From NCBI GenBank assembly GCA_038525395.1, contig JBCBHS010000002.1, positions 158,863-222,862 on the forward strand: a stretch of 64,000 nt of DNA, in the 5' to 3' direction. Shown one piece after another: positions 9,324 to 17,703 of this stretch. Each line of letters starts with the position of its first letter. The first letter of the stretch is position 1. The DNA comes from Pseudomonadota bacterium (GTDB lineage: Bacteria > Pseudomonadota > Alphaproteobacteria > Rhodobacterales > Rhodobacteraceae). Below the pieces are notes generated by a model that worked only from the letters and a program-made list of their open reading frames with translations, did no database searches and was not told where the DNA came from. A program made the translations under genes and the position numbers.

Positions 9324-10307
9324 ATGACACAGATGAAAAGCCGCAACAGGCGCGCACTGCGGGCGCTGTTGACCGTCAACATGGTGCCGTTGCTTGTCCG
9401 CCTGGGCTTTGTCGTCATCTTTGGCGGGCTGATCTTTGTGACCGGCAGCGTGACGCTGTCGGATGCGGCCTATCTTGCGCCAAACGGTGACTTTGTGATG
9501 CCCTTGTCCGATGTGATCCAGGTGCGGCTTGTCATTATGGCGCTGCTGGCGGGTGTGGCGCCGCTGTCCTTTGTCATCGGCATATTGGACATTTTTGCCG
9601 AACACCGACGGCGCGGCGATGTCACGATCCAATCGGTGCAACACTACCTTGACGCCAACCGGTTCAAGAAGCGGCGCGTGATCCTGGTGCTGCGCCCGTT
9701 CGATTATGACGGGTTCCTGTTTCTGGACGACCCGCGCGGGTTCTGGCGCACCATCCTTTTGCCCGCAGTGCGCACCTCGACGGTCGAGCAGATCTTTGCC
9801 CGGCAGGTACAACGCTTTGGCGACGTCGATGTGGTGTCCATCGCCGATCCCTACAAAGAGGAACTGGTCCCCGGCCCCATCTACCTGACCACCGGCGACG
9901 ACTGGCAACAGGATGTGCGCCGCCTGATGCACAGCGCGGATGGCATCGCCTTTGTCATCCCGCCGATGGCGCAGCTGACCCCGGGGTTGGAGTGGGAGAT
10001 CAACGCAGCCTTTGGCGCGGGCCTGGCCGAACGGGGCGTCGCGGTGTTTCCGCCCAAGCGGCGCAAGACGCCCGAGACGGCGCAGGTGCTACAGCATTTT
10101 CTGAACAGCACCGGCGCGCAAATCGTCGGAGACATACCGCTGGACCGCGTGTTCTTGGTCGAGCTGAAGGAGGAAGGCCAGCTGTGGTACGAACAGCCGC
10201 GCCGCCGTCTGCCGTGGGTGCGCGGCGTGTTCAGCGATGTCTATGCGCAGGCGGCGGGCGCGTGGCTGGACGACCGGCTGGACGTGCCGCAGCGCCGCAT
10301 GCACTAG
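9324..10307 (+). CDS. Orphan membrane protein: two N-terminal TM helices plus a ~230-aa cytoplasmic Rossmannoid (TIR/NDT/SLOG-like) domain; hypothetical
   Basis: ATG at 9324 (MTQMKSRNRR...). Hydrophobic helices are LLVRLGFVVIFGGLIFVTGSV and LVIMALLAGVAPLSFVIGILDIF. The C-terminal pattern is RRVILVLRPFDYDG ... VVSIADP ... GDDWQQDVRRLMHSADGIAFVIPP...TPGLEWEINAA. The fold assignment is inference only. Confidence 0.55.
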   Translation: MTQMKSRNRRALRALLTVNMVPLLVRLGFVVIFGGLIFVTGSVTLSDAAYLAPNGDFVMPLSDVIQVRLVIMALLAGVAPLSFVIGILDIFAEHRRRGDVTIQSVQHYLDANRFKKRRVILVLRPFDYDGFLFLDDPRGFWRTILLPAVRTSTVEQIFARQVQRFGDVDVVSIADPYKEELVPGPIYLTTGDDWQQDVRRLMHSADGIAFVIPPMAQLTPGLEWEINAAFGAGLAERGVAVFPPKRRKTPETAQVLQHFLNSTGAQIVGDIPLDRVFLVELKEEGQLWYEQPRRRLPWVRGVFSDVYAQAAGAWLDDRLDVPQRRMH

Positions 10308-11941
10308 GCGCTGTGATCGCCCCGGGCCAGCTTGCGCAACTCGAACTTCTGGATTTTGCCGGTCGAGGTTTTGGGCAGCTCTTGGAACACCACCTGCTTG
10401 GGCGCTTTGAACCCGGCGAGGGTTTCGCGGCTAAACGCGATAAGATCCGCCTCGGTCGGGGCCGCGCCGGGTTTCAGCTCGACAAAGGCGCACGGTACTT
10501 CACCCCATTTGTCATCCGGCTTGGCCACGACCGCGGCCAGGTTCACGTCCGGGTGGCCCATCAGCACGCCCTCGACCTCAACGCTCGATATGTTTTCACC
10601 GCCCGAGATGATGATATCCTTGGCCCTGTCGGCGATCTGGATATAACCGTCGGGATGCTGGATCGCGATGTCGCCGGAATGGAAATAGCCACCGGCAAAG
10701 GCTTCCTCGGTCGCCTCCGGGTTCTTCAGGTACCCCTTCATCACCGCATTCCCGCGCACCATGATCTCGCCCTGGGTGCTGGCATCCATGGGTACCTGGG
10801 CCATGCCCGCATCCATCACGGTGATATGTTCCATCATGGGAAAGGCCACGCCTTGGCGCGCCTTGATCGCGGCCTTGTCGTCCTGGGGCAGGTCGTCCCA
10901 CTCCTCTGCCCGCCAGACGCATTCGGTGACGTGGCCATAGGTTTCGGTCAGGCCATAGACTTGGGTCACGTTGAACCCCAGCGCCTCGATCTTGCCCAGC
11001 GTGGCGGGGGCAGGGGGCGCGCCTGCGGTGAACACCTCGACCACGTGATCAAACGGGCGGCGGTCGCCCTCGGGCGCGTTGACGATCATGTTCAGCACGA
11101 TGGGGGCACCGCCGAAATGGGTCACGCCCTCATCCGCGATGGCGTCATAGATCGGCTTTGCCGCGATGTCGCGGCAGCAGACCAGCGTGCCGCCCAGCAG
11201 CGGCATCATCCAGGTGTGGTTCCAGCCGTTGCAGTGAAACAGCGGCACGATGGCCATGAACACCGGGTGCAGCTGCATCCGCCAGCTGATCACCGTGCCC
11301 ATCGTCATCAGATACGCGCCGCGGTGGTGATAAACGACGCCCTTGGGCCGCCCGGTCGTGCCGGACGTATAGTTCAGCGCCAGGCTTTCCCACTCGTCCT
11401 CGGGCATCCGCCAGTCAAAGCTGGGATCGGCCTCGGCCAGCACGTCCTCATACACCGGATGACGGCCAGACGCGGCAAAGCCCGCTGCGGCATCGGGCAC
11501 TTCGATGATCTGCGGGGCGGGGCCGTCCATCGCGCCTATCGCAGCCTCCGCCAGGTCGAGGAATTGGGGGTCGACCAGCACGACCTTGGCGCCGCCATGG
11601 TCAAAGATATAGGCAACCGTGTCGACATCCAGCCGCGTGTTGATGGTGTTCAGCACGGCGCCGCAGGCGGGCACGCCGAAATGCGCCTCGGCCTGGGCGG
11701 GCAGGTTGGGGATCAGCGTGGCGACCACATCGCCCGGCGCCACACCCCGCGCCGCCAAGGCCGCGGCCAGCCGGGTGCACCGGTCGTAATACTGCGCATA
11801 GGTTACGCGGTGCGCGCCATAGACGACGGCCGTGCGCTGGGCGAACACATGGGCGGCGCGGCGCAGGTGCGACAGCGGCGTCAGCGGCACGTAATTCGCT
11901 GCGGTCTTGCCCAGACCGGTTTCATCTGCCATCCAACCCAT
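10304..11941 (-). CDS. AMP-forming acyl-CoA synthetase (short/medium-chain type, AAE/AcsM-like)
   Basis: 545 aa. ATG 11941 has GAGGGAGG upstream. N-terminal ANYVPLTPLSHLRRAA box, YTSGTTGRPKG AMP motif and C-terminal PKTSTGKIQK. The stop overlaps the convergent 2TM gene stop (shared CTAG). Confidence 0.88.
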   Translation of the reverse strand: MGWMADETGLGKTAANYVPLTPLSHLRRAAHVFAQRTAVVYGAHRVTYAQYYDRCTRLAAALAARGVAPGDVVATLIPNLPAQAEAHFGVPACGAVLNTINTRLDVDTVAYIFDHGGAKVVLVDPQFLDLAEAAIGAMDGPAPQIIEVPDAAAGFAASGRHPVYEDVLAEADPSFDWRMPEDEWESLALNYTSGTTGRPKGVVYHHRGAYLMTMGTVISWRMQLHPVFMAIVPLFHCNGWNHTWMMPLLGGTLVCCRDIAAKPIYDAIADEGVTHFGGAPIVLNMIVNAPEGDRRPFDHVVEVFTAGAPPAPATLGKIEALGFNVTQVYGLTETYGHVTECVWRAEEWDDLPQDDKAAIKARQGVAFPMMEHITVMDAGMAQVPMDASTQGEIMVRGNAVMKGYLKNPEATEEAFAGGYFHSGDIAIQHPDGYIQIADRAKDIIISGGENISSVEVEGVLMGHPDVNLAAVVAKPDDKWGEVPCAFVELKPGAAPTEADLIAFSRETLAGFKAPKQVVFQELPKTSTGKIQKFELRKLARGDHSA

Positions 11942-12014
11942 GACGCACCTCCCTCATGCAGCATTGCGATTGTTGCGCTGTTATGGCGGGCGCCGCACAT
12001 AATGGAAAGAGCCG

Positions 12015-12929
12015 ATGCACAGCCCCCCACAGACGCGCCCCGTGGCCGCGGCGGCCAGCATGGTGGGCGCAATGGCCATCATCGGCCTTATCGACATCTA
12101 CGTGGCTGTGGTGGCGCAGACTATATCCGTTTGGCAGTTCTTCCTTGTCCGCTTCCTGCTGGCACTGCCCCTGATCCTGGGGGCGTCCTGGCTGGGCTGG
12201 GGCCGGGTGTGGCCCCACCGCCCGCTGCGGGTGGCGGCGCGCAGTGGGCTGATCGCGCTCGGCATGTGCTGCTATTTCGGCGCGCTCGCCTTCATGCCCA
12301 TCGCGATGGCGCTGGCGGGGCTCTTTACCTCGCCCATCTTCGTGCTTCTGTTCACCGCCTATGGCCTGCGCCAGCGCATCGGGCCATGGCGCATCCTCGC
12401 CGTCGCACTGGGCTTTGTCGGCATCCTGATCGTGCTGGGCCCGTCAGGCGGCGCCCTGGGCTGGATCATCGTGCTGCCGGTCTGCGGCGGGGTCCTCTAT
12501 GCCGCGGGCGTCGTTGCGACCCGCGTGCTGTGCGAGGGGGAGAGCACGCTCAGCCTGCTCACCGGCATCTTCGCGGCCCAGTCCGTGCTCAGCCTCTGCG
12601 TCCTCGCCGCCCTCGCCATCCTGCAGCCCGAGGTGGGCGCGGGCGGCATGGCCTTTCTGACCCGCGGCTGGGTGTGGCCGATGACCGAGGCGCTGCCCTA
12701 TATCCTGTTGCAGGCGGTCGGGGCCTCGCTGGGCGTCGCCCTGCTAAACCGCGCCTACCAGATCGGCGAGGCCAGCCATGTGACCGTCTTCGAATATTCG
12801 GTGATGGCCTTTGGCCCCTTCTTTGGCTGGTGGCTGCTGGGCCAGCAGATCACCTGGGCGCAGGGCGCGGGCATCGTGCTGATCGCCGGTGCGGGCATAC
12901 TCATCGCTGTCCGGGGCAAAGCGGCCTGA
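12015..12929 (+). CDS. DMT-superfamily (EamA-like) transporter
   Basis: 304 aa, about 10 hydrophobic segments, two EamA-like halves. Divergent from the acyl-CoA synthetase. Confidence 0.82.
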   Translation: MHSPPQTRPVAAAASMVGAMAIIGLIDIYVAVVAQTISVWQFFLVRFLLALPLILGASWLGWGRVWPHRPLRVAARSGLIALGMCCYFGALAFMPIAMALAGLFTSPIFVLLFTAYGLRQRIGPWRILAVALGFVGILIVLGPSGGALGWIIVLPVCGGVLYAAGVVATRVLCEGESTLSLLTGIFAAQSVLSLCVLAALAILQPEVGAGGMAFLTRGWVWPMTEALPYILLQAVGASLGVALLNRAYQIGEASHVTVFEYSVMAFGPFFGWWLLGQQITWAQGAGIVLIAGAGILIAVRGKAA

Positions 12930-12996
12930 TCCTTCATTGTTCTTCAAATATGCATGCGCCCCTCGACCTTCGCGCGCGGCCGGGTATCCTGGCGCC

Positions 12997-13635
12997 ATGA
13001 TCCTCAGCCCCGGCCGCAGCTACGTCTTTGTCCACGCCCCCAAGACCGGCGGCACCGCCATGGCTCTGGCTTTGGAAGCCCGCGCGATGAAAGACGACCT
13101 GATGCTGGGCGACACGCCCAAGGCCGTCAAGCGGCGGCGCCGCCTGGCTGGGGTTCAGACCCGCGGGCGGTTGTGGAAGCATTCCACCCTGGCCGATATC
13201 GACGGGCTGGTGCCCAGCCTGGATGGCCTCTTTGCCTTTACCCTCGTGCGCAACCCGTGGGACCGGATGGTCAGCTATTACCACTGGCTGCGCCACCAGT
13301 CCTTTGACCATCCGGCGGTCGCGCTGGCGGGGCAGATGGGCTTTGCCGAATTTGCCGGCGCGGGCCAGGTCCGCGCCTCGATGCAGGCCAGCCCGGCGCG
13401 GTTCTACATGACAGATGCGGCGGGGGCCGAGCGGTGTGACCTCTATATCCGGCTCGAGGCGTTTGAAACCGATGCGCAGCCGCTGTGGGATCACCTGGGC
13501 TTTGCCCTGTCCTTGCCGCATGTGAACCGATCCGACCGGGCAGCGGACTATCGGGGCTACTACACCGATGCAGCCCGCGTGGCGGTGCAAGAGGCCTGTG
13601 CCGAGGATATCGCGCGGTTTGGCTACCGCTTTTAG
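12997..13635 (+). CDS. Sulfotransferase family protein (Sulfotransfer_2-like)
   Basis: ATG 12997. 212 aa. PAPS 5'-phosphosulfate loop FVHAPKTGGTA and 3'-phosphate motif VRNPWDRMVSYY are present. Confidence 0.72.
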   Translation: MILSPGRSYVFVHAPKTGGTAMALALEARAMKDDLMLGDTPKAVKRRRRLAGVQTRGRLWKHSTLADIDGLVPSLDGLFAFTLVRNPWDRMVSYYHWLRHQSFDHPAVALAGQMGFAEFAGAGQVRASMQASPARFYMTDAAGAERCDLYIRLEAFETDAQPLWDHLGFALSLPHVNRSDRAADYRGYYTDAARVAVQEACAEDIARFGYRF

Positions 13636-13802
13636 GCCGCCGCCGTTGCCCAAGGCGCAACAATCCCAGCTGCCGCCGCCCGATTGAGCCAACCCATTGA
13701 ACAGTGCCCGATTTCTGCCCTGATCCAGGCCCGTCTGCGCCCCGAGAATCACGCCAATTGGTTGCATCAAACGCAACCCACGCAGAACGCAGCGTGGTCA
13801 CC

Positions 13803-14453
13803 ATGGGGATGGATGACATGTTTGGATCGATGTGCGCCAGCGCGCCGCGCTATATGGCCGAAACCTCTGGCGCCTGTGACGGCGCGGTGATGCAGACCCG
13901 CGGCCTGCTGGCCGGGACCAAGGTGGCGACCGCCATGGGCTGGCGCGGGGTCGAGGCGCTGGCGCCGGGGGATCAGGTGCTGACCTTTGACCGGGGCCTG
14001 CAGCCGCTGGTCGAGGTGACGCGCCAGACCTTTTGGGTGGCGGATATGATGGCGCCTGCGGCCTATGCCTCCGTACACGTCCCTGCGGGCGCGCTGGGCA
14101 ACAGCGTCGATCTTGAACTGCTGCCGGATCAGGGCGTGCTGGTCGAAACCGATGCGGCCTGTGACGCCTATGGCGATCCCTTTGCGGTCATCGCGGCCTC
14201 GGCCCTGGTGGGCTATCGCGGCATCAGCCGCGTGCCGCCGCGCACGCAGATCGAGGTGATCACCCTCATCTTTGCGCGGGCCGAAGTGGTGTATGCGGCG
14301 GGCGGGGCACTGGCCCATTGCCCCCGCGCCCAGGTGCAGCTGTCCGAGTTGGGCCGGGACGTCGGGGGCTATGACGTTGTCCCGGCCCGAGATGCGGCGT
14401 TTCTGGTCGACTGCATGAAGTTGGAAGCGGCGACTTTCGGCGCCTGCGCATAA
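13803..14453 (+). CDS. Hint (Hedgehog/intein-like, Hint_2-type) domain protein
   Basis: GLLAGTKVATAMGWRGVEALAPGDQVLTFDRGLQPLVEV matches the Hint_2 opening motif common in Rhodobacteraceae. The start is uncertain (13704 or 13803). No recognisable N-terminal passenger domain. Confidence 0.62.
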   Translation: MGMDDMFGSMCASAPRYMAETSGACDGAVMQTRGLLAGTKVATAMGWRGVEALAPGDQVLTFDRGLQPLVEVTRQTFWVADMMAPAAYASVHVPAGALGNSVDLELLPDQGVLVETDAACDAYGDPFAVIAASALVGYRGISRVPPRTQIEVITLIFARAEVVYAAGGALAHCPRAQVQLSELGRDVGGYDVVPARDAAFLVDCMKLEAATFGACA

Positions 14454-14710
14454 GGCGCACACCGGTTTGGCGCGCGACCTGGAGGCGCGCGCCTGGCCCC
14501 CTCTGCACCCGGCCGTCGGGCAACCGGCTGCCCCGCCCCCAACATCGGGGCAGTGGTCGGGTGCAGGGGCTGTGGCCCTGGCCACGCCATGTGCTGCGTC
14601 CTTGGGCACTGCAGCGCATGACACGCGATTTATCCCTGTCATGTCATTGCATTGGCGGTGAAATCTGCCAAACGTCTGCGCGCGTTCCCTTTGGTCAGGA
14701 GCCCCGCGGC

Positions 14711-15370
14711 ATGTCGAGCCCCTCGCGTCTTTCCGATCACCCGGACTGGGTCTATGTGCTGCGCGACAGCTATGACATGTACCGCCGCTTGTCCGCGGGC
14801 GGCAGCCCCAAGATCCGCAGCCACCAACGCACGGTACGCGAGCGGATCAACCGCGTGCTCAAGGCCAATGCCGAGGTGCAGTTTCCCGAACCCTCGGAAA
14901 AGCCCGTCACGCAGCACCTGACCCGCGCGCTGGACAATGGGCGGATGGAACGGCACGCGCCGTTTATCCGGTCGATCGAGGCGATCCGCCACCGGTTCAC
15001 CTGGCAGTATGGCTATGAAAAGGTCCCGCGCGGGTTGGAACGCAAGTTCGCCTATGCCGAGATTGCCGGACCCAGCGGCCCGGTGCTGACCAACGAGGTG
15101 ATCCTGGGCCTGGTCCTCTTTGCCCCCGCCTGCACCTATCCCGCGCACGCCCATGACGGAATTTCAGAAAGCTATATCTGCCTGTCGGGTGCGGTGTCCG
15201 AGAACGATCAGGGCGTCTATGCCCCTGGCTCGCTGATCTTCAACCCGCCCGATCAATTGCACCGGATCACGGTGGCCGATCACACGCCTGCGCTGCTGTT
15301 TTACGCGTGGGAGGGGACAACGGAAAAGCTGGCGCATCAAAAGATGGTCTTTACCCGCAAGGGGCGGTGA
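14711..15370 (+). CDS. dddL: DMSP lyase DddL-like cupin (dimethylsulfoniopropionate lyase family)
   Basis: ATG 14711 (SD AGGAG). 219 aa. Cupin core GLVLFAPACTYPAHAHDGISESYICLSGAVSEN...PGSLIFNPPDQLHRI...PALLFYAW and upstream WQYGYEKVPRG fit my recollection of DddL-family proteins. Recognition is from memory, not a search. Confidence 0.6.
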   Translation: MSSPSRLSDHPDWVYVLRDSYDMYRRLSAGGSPKIRSHQRTVRERINRVLKANAEVQFPEPSEKPVTQHLTRALDNGRMERHAPFIRSIEAIRHRFTWQYGYEKVPRGLERKFAYAEIAGPSGPVLTNEVILGLVLFAPACTYPAHAHDGISESYICLSGAVSENDQGVYAPGSLIFNPPDQLHRITVADHTPALLFYAWEGTTEKLAHQKMVFTRKGR

Positions 15371-15595
15371 GACCGCGGGATTCGGGCGTGTTTCGGGGTC
15401 TGGTGGCAAGAAAGTGCCATAGGTCGCACCCCTATGCTGCGCCCGCAGAAAGCGGCAAAAAACCGTTTGGTTTCAGATGCGGCACCTGCACAATCGTAGG
15501 TTATGTATACCGTGGTATTCTATTAAGTCATTAATTTCGTTTGATTTTTTCGCGCCGCTCTGCATGCTTTAGCACAAGCGGGAGGCGTATGGATC

Positions 15596-16429
15596 ATGGA
15601 TAAACTGAATATCGAGGCGTGGGTCGGGCGCGAGACGGTAACGTATGGCGGCGTCTCTGCGCAACTGGCCGCACAGATGCATGCAACCGTTGGAACAGGC
15701 GCGGCACCCGGGTCCGGCGCGACCCTGCCGCCCTTGTGGCACTGGTGCGCATTTCCGAATGTCGCGGACAACGCGATGCTGGGCCGGGATGGCCATGCGC
15801 GCGGCGGTCGGCTGCTGCCGCCCGTTCATCTGCCACGGCGCATGTGGGCCGGGGGCGCGCTGACCTTTCATCGTCCCCTACATGTGGACGAACCGCTCGA
15901 ACGCCGGTCGCGTGTCCGCACGGTGACCGAAAAGATGGGCAAGGCCGGGCCGATGGTCCTGATGTGCGTTGATCATGCGATCTATGGCGCCGGTGGGCTG
16001 GCCGTCGAAGAACGCCAAGACATCGTGTACCTGGAAATCCCCGACAGCTATGCACCGCCGGAAAAGCGCGCCTTGCCCGCCACGCCGGTCGAGGCGGTTG
16101 AGACGCCCGAAACGCTGCTCTTCCGCTATTCCGCCGTCACCTTCAACGCCCACCGCATCCATTATGACGCCCGCTATGCGCAAGAGGTCGAACATTATCC
16201 GGGCCTCGTCGTGCACGGGCCGTTGCAGGCGACGCTGCTGATGCGCGCGGCGATGCGGGAAAAGGGCCGCGCGCCGCTCTTCTTTGATTTCCGCGGGGTG
16301 CATCCGATGTTTGCGGGCACGGCCTGCGACATCGCTCTGGCCGAGGATGCCGAGGGGATGCGGCTCTGGACCGGTCAGTCGGGCCATCAGTGCATGCAGG
16401 CCACCGCCACATGGGAGGGGACGCAATGA
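15596..16429 (+). CDS. MaoC-like double hot-dog (R)-specific enoyl-CoA hydratase/dehydratase family protein
   Basis: 277 aa. N-terminal MaoC_dehydrat_N-like half. The C-terminal half has LLFRYSAVTFNAHRIHYD...YPGLVVHGPL (hydratase motif). SD GGGAGG upstream. The stop overlaps the next start (ATGA). Confidence 0.75.
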   Translation: MDKLNIEAWVGRETVTYGGVSAQLAAQMHATVGTGAAPGSGATLPPLWHWCAFPNVADNAMLGRDGHARGGRLLPPVHLPRRMWAGGALTFHRPLHVDEPLERRSRVRTVTEKMGKAGPMVLMCVDHAIYGAGGLAVEERQDIVYLEIPDSYAPPEKRALPATPVEAVETPETLLFRYSAVTFNAHRIHYDARYAQEVEHYPGLVVHGPLQATLLMRAAMREKGRAPLFFDFRGVHPMFAGTACDIALAEDAEGMRLWTGQSGHQCMQATATWEGTQ

Positions 16430-17664
16430 GTGTGCTGTCAGGAATGCGCGTGGTCGAAGGATCGGCCTTTGTCGCGGTGCCCCTGGCCGGCATGACGCTG
16501 GCACAGATGGGGGCCGAGGTGATCCGCTTTGACCGCATCGGCGGTGGCCTCGATGCAGGTCGCTGGCCGCTGGCGCCCACGGGGCAGAGCCTGTTTTGGG
16601 CGGGCATGAACAAGGGCAAGAAATCCATTGCGGTGGACATGAAATCGCCCGAGGGGCGCGACCTGATCAGCCAGATCATCACGGCACCCGGCCCCGATGC
16701 GGGCCTATTCCTGACCAACCTGCGCGTGCGCGGTTGGATGGATTACGAGACGCTGTCGCAGCAGCGCGATGATCTGATCATGGTGACCCTGACCGGCGAC
16801 CGCCACGGGCGCCCGCAGGTGGATTACACCGTCAATCCCGCGCTGGGCGTGCCCTATATGACCGGCCCCGAGGGCGGCACTGACCCGGTTGCGCATGCCT
16901 TGCCTGCCTGGGATCTGATCGCGGGCAACATGTGCGTGTCGGCCCTGCTCGCGGCAGAGCGGCACCGCCTGCGTGGCTTTGGCGGGCAAGAGGTGGAACT
17001 GGCACTGAAAGACGTGGCGGCGGCGACGCTGGGCCATCTGGGCATGATCGGTGATGCGACGCTGAATGACAGTGACCGGGCCAAGGCGGGCAATGCGCTT
17101 TACGGCGCCTATGGCCAGGATTTCGTCTGCAAGGACGGGCGGCGCGTGATGGTCATCGGCCTGACCCACAGGCAGTGGCGCGGGCTGGTCGAGGCGACGG
17201 GCATGGGCGACGCGGTGGCGGCCCTGGCCCAGCGGCTGGGCGTGTCGCTGGATGACGAAGGCGCGCGCTGGACCCACCGGGCCGAGATCACCGCGCTGTT
17301 GGTGCCGTGGTTTGCGCACCGCGCTGTGTCGGACTTTGCCGAGGATTTCACCAAGCGCGGCCTGACCTGGTCTGAATTCCGAACCGTGCGCGAGGCGCTG
17401 CGCCACGACCCGGACCTAAGCGCTGAGAACCCGCTGTTCGCAGACGTCGCGCATCCCGGCGTGGGTCAGTTCCTGACGCCCGCGCATCCGGCCCGCTTTG
17501 ACGCTGCAGACACCCTGCCGCCCGCGCCCGCGCCCGTCTTGGGCGCGGATACGGAGGAGATCCTGGGCGATGTGGTGGGCTTGGGCGATTTGGCCATTGG
17601 TCGTCTGTTCGACACAGGCGTGGTCGACGGGCCAAGCCGCCAGGCGCGGCGCACCGCCGCGTAA
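16426..17664 (+). CDS. Family III CoA-transferase (CaiB/BaiF type)
   Basis: ATG 16426 overlaps the upstream stop. 412 aa. N-terminus LSGMRVVEGSAFVAVPLAGMTLAQMGAEVIRFD is typical of class III CoA-transferases. Confidence 0.88.
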   Translation: MSVLSGMRVVEGSAFVAVPLAGMTLAQMGAEVIRFDRIGGGLDAGRWPLAPTGQSLFWAGMNKGKKSIAVDMKSPEGRDLISQIITAPGPDAGLFLTNLRVRGWMDYETLSQQRDDLIMVTLTGDRHGRPQVDYTVNPALGVPYMTGPEGGTDPVAHALPAWDLIAGNMCVSALLAAERHRLRGFGGQEVELALKDVAAATLGHLGMIGDATLNDSDRAKAGNALYGAYGQDFVCKDGRRVMVIGLTHRQWRGLVEATGMGDAVAALAQRLGVSLDDEGARWTHRAEITALLVPWFAHRAVSDFAEDFTKRGLTWSEFRTVREALRHDPDLSAENPLFADVAHPGVGQFLTPAHPARFDAADTLPPAPAPVLGADTEEILGDVVGLGDLAIGRLFDTGVVDGPSRQARRTAA

Positions 17665-17696
17665 AGCAAAGGCCCCGGCACTGCGGGGCCTTTGCT
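17665..17696. terminator. Bidirectional hairpin terminator between the CoA-transferase and fadB
   Basis: AGCAAAGGCCCCG-gcactg-CGGGGCCTTTGCT, a perfect 13-bp stem between convergent genes. Confidence 0.75.
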
Positions 17697-17703
17697 TGTG
17701 TCC

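Noticed and set aside
10304-11941. Naming the acyl-CoA synthetase dmdB (methylmercaptopropionate-CoA ligase) because of the nearby dddL-like gene.
   Set aside because: Only the general AMP-binding family and the ANYVPLTPL-type N-terminal box are visible. DmdB function cannot be distinguished from other short/medium-chain ligases by eye, and no dmdA/C/D genes are present.
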